NCBI GenBank assembly: GCA_963799845.1
Contig: CAWCYI010000004.1
Span: 64,001 to 128,000, forward strand
Length of the DNA stretch: 64,000 nt
Reading direction: 5' to 3'
Source of the DNA: an uncultured Nitrososphaerota archaeon
GTDB taxonomy: Archaea > Thermoproteota > Nitrososphaeria > Nitrososphaerales > CADDZS01
A program made the translations under genes and the position numbers. Under the pieces are notes generated by a model, which saw nothing but the letters and a program-made list of their open reading frames with translations, ran no database searches and had not been told where the DNA came from. This document shows positions 19,540 to 30,509 of this stretch, piece after piece. Every line of letters starts with the position of its first letter. The stretch's first letter is position 1.

Positions 19540-20575
19540 TCTCTTATCAAACAATTATTTCGCTCCATAGTCAACAAGGTTAGGCTGGGGGACTATTGGA
19601 GGAGCATCTGGAAGAAGCATGGCTATGGGTCAAGAAAGCTTTCAGAGGAAAAGGTGGTGTGGGTGGTCAAGGCTAGAGAGAGCGGCCTTGCAGCCAGGGA
19701 TATCGCATCAACCCAGAACATCACCGTGAGAAGAGTGGAGCAGCTTTATGCCCAATACAGGGAATCCGGAGAGATACCATCTCTCAAGAAGGCAGGCAGA
19801 AAAAGAATCGAGATCCCAATTGAGGAGAGGAATGCGATCATCGAAGCTTCAAGGAAGTTTGGCGTCGGAGCCTGCTACCTCGTTTCAATCCTCAAGAGAG
19901 ATTACGGCATCGATGAAACAAACCACATGCGAGTCTATAGCGTATTGAAGGAGGAAGGATTGTTGTACAATACAGCAAGGACGCGCTTCAAGCGCAAGTG
20001 GATCAGATATGAAAGGGAGCATTCCAATTCGTTGTGGCACGTCGATTGGCACGAGATGAAATCGTCAGTATACAGGGGCAAGTGGCTGGTAATCTACGAG
20101 GATGACGCATCGAGGTACATCCTGGGTTATGGCGTGTTTGACTCTCCGTCGTCTGAAAATGCAGTGAGCGTCCTGAAGGAAGCGATCAGGGAACATGGCA
20201 GACCAGCATCAATCCTCTCAGACAGAGGTACATCCTTCTATGCGGTCGAAGCTGAAACAAAAACGAAAGGTCTCACTGAATTCGAGCTCTATCTGATGAG
20301 GAATCACATCAAACATATTCTTTCAAGAGTGAGACATCCCCAAACCAATGGAAAATTGGAGAAGCTCTTTGATACGGTTGAAAGAGGACTCGCGAAGGGA
20401 TTCTCTCCGATTGAGGAGTGCGTACGCTGGTACAACTGCATCAAGCCCCACGGAGCCCTTGATCTGGAGAGAGCTGAAACTCCACTGGAAGCCTACTACA
20501 GGAAGATGGAAATAAAAGAGGAACTCATAGATCCTTCAATCATGTGGGAGAGCGAAATGATTCTTTGATAGAACA
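19540..20575 (+). mobile_element. IS481-family insertion sequence, 1036 bp, 16-bp target duplication
   Basis: 26-bp imperfect terminal IRs (TCTCTTATCAAACAATTATTTCGCTC vs reverse complement TGTTCTATCAAAGAATCATTTCGCTC); flanking direct repeat CCTCAGTGAAGAAACA at 19524-19539 and 20576-20591. Confidence 0.9.
19654..20568 (+). CDS. IS481-family DDE transposase (rve integrase core)
   Basis: RYEREHSNSLWHVD, ILSDRG, HPQTNGKLEK; frame stays open upstream of the GTG. Confidence 0.93.
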   Translation: MVWVVKARESGLAARDIASTQNITVRRVEQLYAQYRESGEIPSLKKAGRKRIEIPIEERNAIIEASRKFGVGACYLVSILKRDYGIDETNHMRVYSVLKEEGLLYNTARTRFKRKWIRYEREHSNSLWHVDWHEMKSSVYRGKWLVIYEDDASRYILGYGVFDSPSSENAVSVLKEAIREHGRPASILSDRGTSFYAVEAETKTKGLTEFELYLMRNHIKHILSRVRHPQTNGKLEKLFDTVERGLAKGFSPIEECVRWYNCIKPHGALDLERAETPLEAYYRKMEIKEELIDPSIMWESEMIL

Positions 20576-20634
20576 CCTCAGTGAAGAAACATGAAATAGC
20601 CTTATCGATGGAATGAACGCAAGCACGACCAAAG

Positions 20635-21672
20635 ATGACAGAGCAACTTCCAAAAATCTCGCTTAATTCAGTGGATGAATACGAACAGGAAGCGAAAAAA
20701 TCACTCACGCCAGATCTGCTAAACTACATCTATGGAGGAACCGAGACTGGCGGGACCCTGAACCGAAATCGGACAGATTTTGGAAAATACCTCTTGAGGC
20801 GTCGCGTACTTCGCGACATCGATAATGTCGAGGCTGAAATCTCCTACTTTGGAGGGAAAGTTAAAAGCGAGCTGCCGTTCTTCCCTGCCTGCATCAATAC
20901 ATCTCCCCTTTATCCGAAGGCAATCTTGGATGTCCTCCGAGCTGGAAAGAGCTTCAAGGTCCCGATATTCATTTCCGATATCGCTATTTCGGACGGGTTG
21001 GAGGCGAGCGATTTACCACGCCTAGTTCCACCAGAAGTTCCTCTGATCTGGCAGATTTACATCTTCAAGGAGAATTACGACACCATATTCAAGCGTGCAA
21101 AGCTTGCCCAGCAATACGGCTATCGTGGATTGGTCATTACTGTCGATGCTGACCTGAATATCAAGATAGGAAACGAAATCCCGATCGAAGTCCGCCGCAA
21201 AGATTTTCACAGAGTAAAGCTTTCGGAAATCAAAAGACTGCGGGATTCGATTTCTCTGCCATTCATGGTGAAGGGAATTATGACGCCTGAGGATGCGATC
21301 GTAGCAGTCGAAAACGGAGCTGATGGTATCATTGTCTCCAATCACGGGGGCAGAATCATGGATTTTGGCGAGAGCTCGATCGAGGTACTTCCCGGGATCG
21401 CAAAGCGTTTGAGATCCAAGAAATCGACCAGAAAGACTGAGATATTTTTCGACGGCGGCATAATGCGAGGGGCTGACATTCTGAAAGCGCTTGCCCTCGG
21501 AGCAAATGGCTGCTTACTCGGTAGAGCGATTTTTTCAGGACTCGCGGTAGATCGAGAACACGGGGTTGAGAATATCATGACAATCCTAAAGGACGAGCTA
21601 CTACGCACGGCATATTTCTGTGGTGTAAAAGATCTTTCCGACGTTAGCTCGAAGATCTTCGTAGAAGCCTAA
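20635..21672 (+). CDS. FMN-dependent alpha-hydroxy-acid oxidase/dehydrogenase
   Basis: VKGIM, IVSNHGGR, DGGIMRGADILKALALGA. Confidence 0.9.
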   Translation: MTEQLPKISLNSVDEYEQEAKKSLTPDLLNYIYGGTETGGTLNRNRTDFGKYLLRRRVLRDIDNVEAEISYFGGKVKSELPFFPACINTSPLYPKAILDVLRAGKSFKVPIFISDIAISDGLEASDLPRLVPPEVPLIWQIYIFKENYDTIFKRAKLAQQYGYRGLVITVDADLNIKIGNEIPIEVRRKDFHRVKLSEIKRLRDSISLPFMVKGIMTPEDAIVAVENGADGIIVSNHGGRIMDFGESSIEVLPGIAKRLRSKKSTRKTEIFFDGGIMRGADILKALALGANGCLLGRAIFSGLAVDREHGVENIMTILKDELLRTAYFCGVKDLSDVSSKIFVEA

Positions 21673-21977
21673 GTGCTGTCGAAGATCTTCGTCTTCGAAG
21701 CCATCCCGATAACGGTGTTTGTGTCAACCACGAATTTCGTCCCTTCGATCTTCGCGATCGCAGAATTGAACACATTGTCGTAATCCGCTTCGAGGAAGTG
21801 CCTCTTTACCTGGACGACCGCAATAACATCATACTCGCCCGTGATCATGTGAACTTCGATCACCTCATCCATCTTCAGGAGCTCCTCCATGACATCTTTT
21901 TCCCTCATCGGTTCGCACTGGATGAGAATAAACGCACGCGTATACTGCTTCATCGGTTCCGGCTGTTTCAAGAACAT
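21669..21977 (-). CDS. Stand-alone Lrp/AsnC ligand-binding (RAM) domain protein
   Basis: AFILIQCEP, EVHMITGEYDVIA; no HTH. Confidence 0.85.
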   Translation of the reverse strand: MFLKQPEPMKQYTRAFILIQCEPMREKDVMEELLKMDEVIEVHMITGEYDVIAVVQVKRHFLEADYDNVFNSAIAKIEGTKFVVDTNTVIGMASKTKIFDST

Positions 21978-22155
21978 CTTTTTCTTTCCCCGCAGTCGAA
22001 ACGGTGATTTTCTACGGCTCTATATTAACCAAACTCTCTTCAGGAGTACCGGCTTGAATCAGGAATTCATAATGGTATAATCTCAAGCACGCCGCTCACA
22101 GTTTATTACGGGTATTTTTCTTATTTGATCAAATCTCCCCCGACGGATTTCAAAA

Positions 22156-22936
22156 GTGGCTCTCGAGAAATGCAATCACCAGAAACCCGTACAAAGGCCA
22201 GCTCCTCCTGTGTCAGGTCATTCCGACTTACAACGAGGTGGAGAACATACCGGTTGTGCTTGAGAGAATTGAAACACTGCGCGCGAATCTTGCATTTGAC
22301 CTGATGGTTGTGATCGTGGACGATAACAGCTCCGACGGCACCGCCGAGAAGGTAAAGGAGCTGATGAATAGATACGACAACCTCAAGCTAATCCAAAGGC
22401 CCGGGTTGATGGGGCTGGGCTCAGCCTACATGGATGGTTTTGCCTACTCGCTCTCCAACTTCAATGCAGACTATGTCGGCGAAATGGATGCAGACCTTCA
22501 GCATCCGCCGGAAACTTTGAGCGAAATGGCAAAGAAAGCCTCGGAAGGAATTGACGTCGTTGTGGCGTCGCGATACGTAAAGGGTGGTAGCTCAACCGAC
22601 TGGTCGTTCAGCCGACTCATGGTCAGCCGCGGAGCAAATTTGCTGACGAGGATATTTTTGCGGGTACCAGTTAAAGATGCGACTTCCGGTTTCCGCCTCA
22701 TCAGCCAGCGTGCCATAAAGGGCCTGTTCACCTACAAGGTTTCGAGCAAGGGCTACTCATTTCAGGTTGAGAGCCTCTACGCCTACAAGAAACTGAAGAT
22801 GACTTTTGCCGAAGTCCCCTACAAATTCGAGACTAGAAAAGCGGGGGAGACGAAGCTCAACACGAAAGAGATCTGGCGCTTTTTCAGAACGACTGTCAAA
22901 ACCGGGATACTGGGACTCAAGAAAAAGCAGGAGTAG
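22156..22936 (+). CDS. Polyprenol-phosphate mannosyltransferase (GT2, DPM1-like); one-base frameshift near 22200
   Basis: VIPTYNE lies upstream of the GTG at 22238; VDDNSSDGT, MDADLQHPP, DATSGFR; removing one base at CCAGCT joins it to GTG 22156. Confidence 0.88.
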
Positions 22937-22937
22937 C

Positions 22938-23792
22938 TCAGGCAATCTGCCTGGGAGCTTCTTCCTTGGCTCTCGAATAGACTCCCTTGTACTCTGAGAT
23001 TGAACGGCCCGTTCCACCCTTCATCGTCTTGATGATTTCAGCCATGATGGAGAGTGCTATCTCCTCGTACGATTGAGATCCGATATCGATTCCTATCGGA
23101 ACGTGGATCTTTTTCAGGTCCGCAACCTTCAGGCCCTCTTTTTCGCTCAGCTCCTTGAAAAGCGCGCTCGCTCTGTGGAAGCTGCTGACCAGTCCGATGT
23201 ACTGAACGTTCAGGCCCGCGACCGCCCTAACTGAGGGTTCGTCGTACTTGTGCTTTGTTACGATTACAACTGCGGTGCTTTTCCCGAACTGGATCTGTGT
23301 AACCGCCTTGTCCGCAAACTCAGGAATTACAACATCAGCCTCGGGATACATCTCCTTTGTCGCTCCCGGATCAACGACCGTTATGTTGAAGTTGAGAATC
23401 TTTGCAATCTTTACAAGCGGTCCAGCAATGCTCCGCTCTCCTCCGCCGCCGAAAACAACCAGCTGGTTCCCGGGAACAAAGGGCTCGATGTAGATCTCCA
23501 TCGACCCGCCGCAGTTCGCGCCGATGCCGCCCTTTTCCTCTTCTTCGAGCAACACCGACATTGTTCGTGGCTTTCCTTCCTTGATCGACTCGAGCGCCTG
23601 CTCAACGACCACGCTCTCGGAGCAACCTCCACCGAGATTGCCGTGAACGATTGAACCATCGTTAGAAATTAGAATTTTGAAACCGATTCTTCCGGTCGTC
23701 GAACCTTTGGTACCGACTACCGTCGCAGTCGCGAAATTCTCGCCCTGCTCCGAAAGGCGGGACATCTTCTGGACAAATTCAATCGAGCTCAT
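22938..23792 (-). CDS. XdhC/CoxI family molybdenum-hydroxylase accessory protein
   Basis: ATVVGTKGST, GNLGGGCSE, CGGSMEIYIEP, PIGIDIGSQSYEEIALSIMAEI. Confidence 0.9.
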   Translation of the reverse strand: MSSIEFVQKMSRLSEQGENFATATVVGTKGSTTGRIGFKILISNDGSIVHGNLGGGCSESVVVEQALESIKEGKPRTMSVLLEEEEKGGIGANCGGSMEIYIEPFVPGNQLVVFGGGGERSIAGPLVKIAKILNFNITVVDPGATKEMYPEADVVIPEFADKAVTQIQFGKSTAVVIVTKHKYDEPSVRAVAGLNVQYIGLVSSFHRASALFKELSEKEGLKVADLKKIHVPIGIDIGSQSYEEIALSIMAEIIKTMKGGTGRSISEYKGVYSRAKEEAPRQIA

Positions 23793-23846
23793 GTCACCTA
23801 TTGATCAGTTCCCCGCTATTTAGTTTTGAGTATCGGAGCCCGATCG

Positions 23847-24740
23847 TCACTCGACGGATGAGATGATCGTCCCGATGGTTTCGAGCTTGAATTCGAACGT
23901 TTCCCCGGGGGCAAAGTATGGATACACGCACGGAATGGTCACTCCCACCTCCCTGAACCTTGAGACGTATTCTGCAAGTTCTTTCTGGCCAGGATTCACG
24001 GGTGAAATCTCACGGAGGCGCTCAGGATAAATCTGCGAAGATTTTGCCGCTCTAATAAGATCTGATGCGCCATCCCTTTCGAACATTTTGTGGTAATGAG
24101 GAAGCATGTCGTAATTCCCAAACTCATCTATCGCCAGCTTGGTTGCAGTCTCTTTTGATTTCGAAAAGAAGGTCTTTAGGTAACATGCTATCTCGAGCTT
24201 TCCACTGTACGACTCGCTGACACTTTTTGCGACTCTGCCTGCGTACCCTGGGGAGCAAAAATTCATCAGGATTCCATCGCAGCTTCCGGCCACTTTCTTC
24301 GCGATTCCAACTTTGAGAGTGGCGATGAAGGTTTCGGGAAAAGACATTCCATCGCTGCTTGGAAATTCGCTCTTGATCTCCTGAAGTCTCTCGAGCATGT
24401 CATCGATTTTCTTTTCGGGGTTGGGGCCCGGATTACCGGTGCCAATGCCAAGCAGATACCTGTTTCCAGAAATCGCTTGCAGAGTTTCCAGCCTCCGGAG
24501 AAGCTGTTTTTCATCTTGCTCAAACAATCTGAACACGCCGCTGCCCACCCGAAGTCCTTTCGTCACTCCGAGGCATGCACTGCTGATCTCGAGGGAGTCA
24601 AAACTCCCCGGGAGGTCAGGAATGAAAAGATGAGAAACACTCGACTGGTCGATAACCTTCGCGAGCTTTACGATCTCGCTAGGCACGATCACCGCCGAAC
24701 GGAGAGCAATTCCAGACCTGGCCATTGCGAACAATTTCAA
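23847..24740 (-). CDS. Luciferase-like (LLM) flavin-dependent oxidoreductase, divergent
   Basis: TKGLRVGSGV, GNRYLLGIGTG, DGILMN pattern. Confidence 0.65.
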   Translation of the reverse strand: MKLFAMARSGIALRSAVIVPSEIVKLAKVIDQSSVSHLFIPDLPGSFDSLEISSACLGVTKGLRVGSGVFRLFEQDEKQLLRRLETLQAISGNRYLLGIGTGNPGPNPEKKIDDMLERLQEIKSEFPSSDGMSFPETFIATLKVGIAKKVAGSCDGILMNFCSPGYAGRVAKSVSESYSGKLEIACYLKTFFSKSKETATKLAIDEFGNYDMLPHYHKMFERDGASDLIRAAKSSQIYPERLREISPVNPGQKELAEYVSRFREVGVTIPCVYPYFAPGETFEFKLETIGTIISSVE

Positions 24741-24815
24741 GTGGGAATCAAATCAATCTTGTGTCTTCGAGATAGACAATAATGATAACGTGGCCATCAA
24801 TTCGGAACTAGATTT

Positions 24816-25430
24816 TCATTTTAAGCTCGACAGAAAATCTTCTATGATCCTCAGAGTCATGCCCCAGATTACATATTTTCCCATGTATACAAATGCCAGC
24901 GCATCGATTTTCCGCCCCTGCCTCGAAAACGAGAAAATCGACGAATTGTTCCCATCAAGGAAGTAACTCGTCGGTGTCCAGAAATAATCATCAATTTCGT
25001 TGTGGTCGATCCTGACTTCAATATCAGGAGGAGCGATTGCTACAAATGGAGTGACTCTAATCGAGAAATTTCCCGGGAAAACCTGTGCGAGTGGTCCTAC
25101 GACTTCAAGGTCATCCAGATTTATTCCTGTTTCTTCCATCACTTCTCTCTTGACAGTTTCGAGTAAAGTTTCTCCAGATTTTGATCTCCCACCGGGGAAC
25201 GCGATCTGTCCCGACCAAGGATCTCCCTCGAAAGATCTTCTTTTCAGCAAGAGTACTTCGAGCGAGTTTTTTGAATCTGCTTGTTTCAGGATCATGCAGA
25301 CTGCCGCGGCGGGCAATTTGCTTTGATCACTCTCTGGTCGAATATTGGCATCTATCTGTTTCTGGGTGTGTCTAACTTTATCGAGGAGAAAGTTCAACCC
25401 CTGAGACGTGTCTTTTTCCGCCGCGACCAT
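24816..25430 (-). CDS. Nudix hydrolase, CoA pyrophosphatase type
   Basis: WSGQIAFPGG...REVMEETG Nudix box, IWGMT. Confidence 0.9.
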   Translation of the reverse strand: MVAAEKDTSQGLNFLLDKVRHTQKQIDANIRPESDQSKLPAAAVCMILKQADSKNSLEVLLLKRRSFEGDPWSGQIAFPGGRSKSGETLLETVKREVMEETGINLDDLEVVGPLAQVFPGNFSIRVTPFVAIAPPDIEVRIDHNEIDDYFWTPTSYFLDGNNSSIFSFSRQGRKIDALAFVYMGKYVIWGMTLRIIEDFLSSLK

Positions 25431-25559
25431 CTAGAGAAAAATCACTGTGTGGCCTGTATTTCAAACAAGCGAGGCAGACAACTCAGATAAACTTTTGAGC
25501 AGAACAAGAAAAGTTGATTTTCAGCATCATTTCTGAACTATCTTGAGGTCTGGCAATAC

Positions 25560-25745
25560 ATGTTTGAGTTTTCACTAATTATCCTTGCAATTGGCTTGTC
25601 GATGAGGTTCCTAGACGTAACAAGCTTGTTTGATTTTTCCGCGGGTCTGGTTGCCTTTTTCTTCATCATCGTCTGCGTCCTCATCTTCATCTTTGTCTAC
25701 GACAACCTGAGAAGACAGAAGGCCGCTGCTCCTACGACGACCTAA
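25560..25745 (+). CDS. Small two-helix membrane protein
   Basis: ATG start, two hydrophobic segments, basic tail, fills an intergenic gap. Confidence 0.5.
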   Translation: MFEFSLIILAIGLSMRFLDVTSLFDFSAGLVAFFFIIVCVLIFIFVYDNLRRQKAAAPTTT

Positions 25746-25811
25746 ACGAAACAGCCCTGATCTCAGCTCTCCCGATGGGGTAAGGATATTACTAGCTTCC
25801 TACCCGATTAC

Positions 25812-28621
25812 ATGTCTCCGGTCGATCTGACGACGCAAACTTCTCTAGATTCTTTCAGGACTCTGGATTCTCACGTAGAGGAACGCTATCGCAAGATAGG
25901 TTGGACAGAACTAACTCCAATTCAGCAGAAATCCTATCGCCTGCTGCTCAGGGGGAAGAGTGCACTGCTCGTTGCTCCGACCGGCTCCGGAAAGACCGAA
26001 GCGGCAGTAATCTCGATATTTGCAAGACTCGCAATGACGCGAGATCCAGCGGTCGCCAAAGGAATCCGAATGCTATACGTTACTCCGCTCAGGGCGCTGA
26101 ACAACGATATTTTCAAACGGCTGATTGCCTACGCGGAAGCGGAGGGCCTGCGAGCTGAAATCAGACACGGGGATACTCAGCTCGTATGCAAGGCAGAAAA
26201 TGCTCGTTTCACCACCTGATGTCCTGATCACCACTCCAGAAACTCTCGGAATCTTGCTTGTCAGCCGGAAATTCAAGGCGCATCTCACTTCGCTGGAGTG
26301 CGTTGTGATTGACGAACTCCACGAACTGCTCGGCAGTGAAAGGGGATCGCACCTCGCGGTCAGCCTCGAAAGACTCCAGAGAATTTCGAAACACCCCGAG
26401 TTCATGCGGGTTGGTCTTTCCGCAACCGTGGGTGAACCTGAGGAGGCGGGTCGTTTCCTCGTGGGCGAGCACGGCAAATGCGTGGTGGTCACCGACACCG
26501 AGGCCCGAGGTTATGATGTCAAGGTAAAATTCGTCGAGGGCAACCTGACTTCTCTTGCCCAGAAGATTGTAGATTACATCGCCGAGGAAAAAGGAGAAGA
26601 CAAGAGTACTCTCGTGTTTACGAACACTCGAGACGAAGCGGAATTCCTCGGAGCGGTTTTGAAAGCAAAGGTTCCCTCGGTTCCGGTTGAAGTCCACCAC
26701 GGCTCGTTATCGAAGGAGAGCAGGGAAACGACGGAGGGCATGTTGAGAAGCGGAGAAGCAGGTATCGTAGTCTGCACGTCCTCGCTCGAACTGGGGCTAG
26801 ACATCGGCGCGGTAAATCTGGTCGTCCAGGTAGGATCTCCCCGACAGGCGACCAAGCTTATTCAGAGGATCGGACGAAGCAGGCACAAGCGGAGAGAAAA
26901 AGCAGTTGGGGCGTTGATCGCGAACAGGTACGACGATGAGCTCGAGGGAATCGCCCTTCTCCAGAGAGTCGAGAGGCATTCACTCGAAGCGATCTCGATT
27001 CACATGAAGCCCGTGGATGTCGCAGTGCACCACCTTGCGGGGCTGGCACTTGAGGAGAGTACTTTCAAGATCGATGATGCCCTAGCCCTATTCAAAAAAT
27101 CCTATCCTTTCAAGGATCTGACTAAAGAAGAGCTAGCCAGCGTCGCCGAGATCATGGAGAGCCAGGGCTTGATCAGGTTTGACGGCGAGGTCATAAAGCG
27201 CAGGGGCCCGAGAACGTACGATTACTACTTTTCAAATCTTTCGACCATTCCGGACATCCAGCAGTTTGAGGTCCACGACATCACAACGAAGAAAATCATC
27301 GGCCGCCTAGATCAGGTGTTCGTTGGAGAGTACGGAGAGCCCGGCAAGCCGTTCGTCCTGAAGGGAAACTCGTGGCGGATTGTCTCGATAGAGGATGACA
27401 AAAAGATCCTGTTTGTCGAGCCGATGTTCAGGGACCTGAGCCAGATACCTTACTGGGTTGGGGAATTGATCCCGATCGAATACGAGACCTCGCAAATCGT
27501 TGGTTCGTTGAGGAGACAAATTTCGAGCGGAAAATACGAGTACAGTCAGCCGATTTCAAAGGGGCAGGTCGAGAGGCTTGAAACGACCTCGAAGCACCTC
27601 TCCAGTGTCCCTGATGAAAAATCGGTCGTGATTGAAAAACGAAAGGCTTCTGCTGCGATCGTCGTTCACGCGTGCTTTGGCACAAAGATCAACCAGACTC
27701 TTGCCACGATGCTGTCCACTCTACTTTCAGCGAAGATAGGATACCTGGTCGAGACAAAGTCAGATCCGTACAGGATAGTACTCTCGACCAGCGGTCCACT
27801 GGAGACAAAACATGTCGCCGAAGGATTGAAGGAGAGCATAGATCTCAGGGAAATCCTAACGACTTCGATAGTGGGAACGCACCCTCTGAACTGGAAGACC
27901 TGGTACGTCGCAAAGAAATTCGGGATAATCGACAAGACCGCCCAGTACCGATCGGAGAGCAGCACGTCTGATTCAGGAGCGATACAAGACAACGCCACTC
28001 TATAACGAGATACTGAGGGAGCTGTTCCAGGAGAAGTATGACATTGACGCGACGGCGAAGATCATGTCAGACATGAGAGAGAACAGGACCGCAATCAGGG
28101 TAGTTGAAGTGGAGGAGTTCTCGGATCTCGCAAAACCAATCCTCGAGTACACTTCGAGCTTCGCTGCGATGCCGCTGACGATGGACAAGGCGATCCTGGA
28201 CCTTGTGAAGGAAAGGCTGGGAAATGCGAGGCATAAACTGCTCTGCATGAGCTGCGGGAAGTATGAGTCAGTCGTAAAGACAAAGGACGTCAAGGAGCCG
28301 CTTATCTGTCCCCTATGCCGCTCACGCCTGATTACAGAGACTTATGCTTCAGATCTGGAGCTGCCGAAAATTATCCTGAAGAAAAAGAAGGGAATCCCGC
28401 TAACAGACGATGAGGAAAAAAAATACCGTCGGGCGTGGAAGACTTCGAGCCTGATCCAGAATTTCGGGAAGAGAGCTCTAGTAATTTTATCCGGCTTCGG
28501 CGTGGGGGTCGATACCGCCGCGAGGATAATTCGAAGAACCGGTGACGAAGATCAGTTCTACAAGAACATTTACCTGGCAGAGAAGAACTACATCGCGACT
28601 AGAGGCTTCTGGCAGGACTAG
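25812..28621 (+). CDS. lhr: Lhr-like SF2 DEAD/DEAH helicase (~935 aa), split by two +1 frameshifts (~26178, ~27949)
   Basis: APTGSGKT, PLRALNND, HGDT, DELH, SAT, VHHGSLS, ELGLDIG, QRIGRS, C-terminal CxxC/CxxC; frames join as HGDT-SSYARQ and AQY-DRRAARL. Confidence 0.9.
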
Positions 28622-30161
28622 CCGGATATCGCTTTCTTTTCTATGGTTGAATAATTTTTCAGGACGAGAAACTTTTTTCCTTCATAAGTCTGCACTTCCA
28701 CCGATTCCAGAACGATCCGATCGCCGGCCGAAAATCCTTCGAGCATTTTGGAGAGAGCCCTCCACCCGTAAACTTTCAACTCACCGGTGTGGTCCGCAAC
28801 GGTCAGGTCGGTCCTCCTCACCAGTCCATCCTTCGTCTGAACTTCCCTGCTTATCGGATCGTTGAGACAGATCAGTTCCAGCGAGACAACCGAATTTTCG
28901 GAGAGCTCTTCAACCTTAACAAATAATGCCGATGAAAGGGGTATGTCCGGCCTCTTTGCAGAAACTTTGGATATTGAATTCGCTCCCGCGAAGTTTGCCC
29001 TAAAAGTGGTATAATCAACGGATTCGGGTCTGCAGATAACCACGCTGTCTTTTTGAATCTCTCCGAGATTTTTCGTCGCTTCGTCGCTCGCGACCGCAGA
29101 TATCTTCCGCTTCTGCGAGTCAACAAGGAGAAGATGGAATCTGCTGTCATTTGGAGATTGTTTTATCGAAATGACGCGACCAATGAAAGGAAGCACAGTT
29201 GTTTTCTTTTCCAGATCCGCGGAAGTGGGCTTTCCACCTGCTAAACGAGCACGATCAAGCATCCAAGCTCTCGTCTCTTCAAAGTATTCTTTTACGCAGG
29301 TACTCTCGTCCCCGTGGATCTCCAGTCCCGTTGAATTCTGGAAAGTGCTGACCTTGGTCCTGACATTGAGCACCGTGATAGCATCTCCCTCGTGGAGTTT
29401 TTCATAGACCGGAGATTGATTGTTCCAAACCACAACACGAGTAGCGCCGCTTCCCAACTCGTCGCTCATGGAAAAAGACACATAATCGGAACCGGTGCCA
29501 TCGCTTCGAGAAAAACTGGTTCTTTTTACTTCTCCGATTATCTTGCCCCGGACGACAAGCAGTCTTCCCCCTTCGGAGATAGTGGAAGGTGTTGAGGCTA
29601 TTTTGTCTAGGGCATCGATTTTCAGGTTTGAACTCTCGTCCTCGTTCACCTTCTCGAACCGGCCTCTTTCCCCGACGTTGAGCTCGGGACTCCCGTCGAG
29701 ACCCGGCCTGGTGTAAGCTTCCGAGATCTTGATGAGATCCCCGGGCTGAATATTCAGTGAAGGATCAAGGATTTTGAAAACGGCGGACTCCCAGAGGCTG
29801 ACCAGAGCATTAGCAGAGTTATCGTAAATCGCGAGCTTTGAGAGCAGGCCCTTGCTCGAGTCTGACTTCCTCGTGAAGCTCTAGGCACTCCGATCGAAAT
29901 CAATCTGGCGACGACTGTGACCGTTTTTTGATCCGAGACCAACTTTGAGATTGAAGCCGGCCTTTCGTGATCGTAATCTACGCTCACTCCCAGATCGGAT
30001 GCGACGAGAAATAGAGCTCCCTGATCTGTCAGGTAACCGCCGCCGACCTTCGCCTTCTTCTCCTGAATCAGTCCAAGCAGTTGGTGCCTGTCCATGTTTG
30101 ACCTTGAAGAAAGCTCCGATATCAAGTCCTCAAACTTATTTTCAGAAACGACAGTCAACAA
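28618..30161 (-). CDS. rpa: Replication protein A (multi-OB-fold ssDNA-binding), one frameshift at ~29881
   Basis: N-terminal GGYLTDQGALFLVA, OB folds (SFSRSDG, VVVWN, ADHTGELKVYGW); adding one base gives a continuous ~514-aa frame. Confidence 0.85.
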
Positions 30162-30509
30162 AACGACTCTCCAGCAAGACCGGTTGGTTCAGGCGCGACA
30201 GGATCGGAAGGTTTGGGTATTAACTATTATGAGATTTTTTCATTTGTTTCGCACTGAGACTATCAAACAGACTGAGGTAATTTTCTCGAACTCGAAATTT
30301 GCCTCGGTCGACCGTTTTTCTCGAAGATAGATCAAAATGAGCTTCATTATCAAACTTTTTTAACCAATTCGCATTGGCTTCGGCCGTTTGAATCTAATTA
30401 ATTACACAAATCCCGGCCGGGTTTCTCAGGCTGGAGGCAAAACAGATCAATATTTCTTAATCACGCCGTTTGGATCTCAGGCAAGAAAAGTTGGCCCAGG
30501 TGCGAAAAG

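Noticed and set aside
30407-30421. CAAATCCCGGC match to the tRNA-Gly T-arm
   Set aside because: Only 11 nt, inside core-gene context, no integrase
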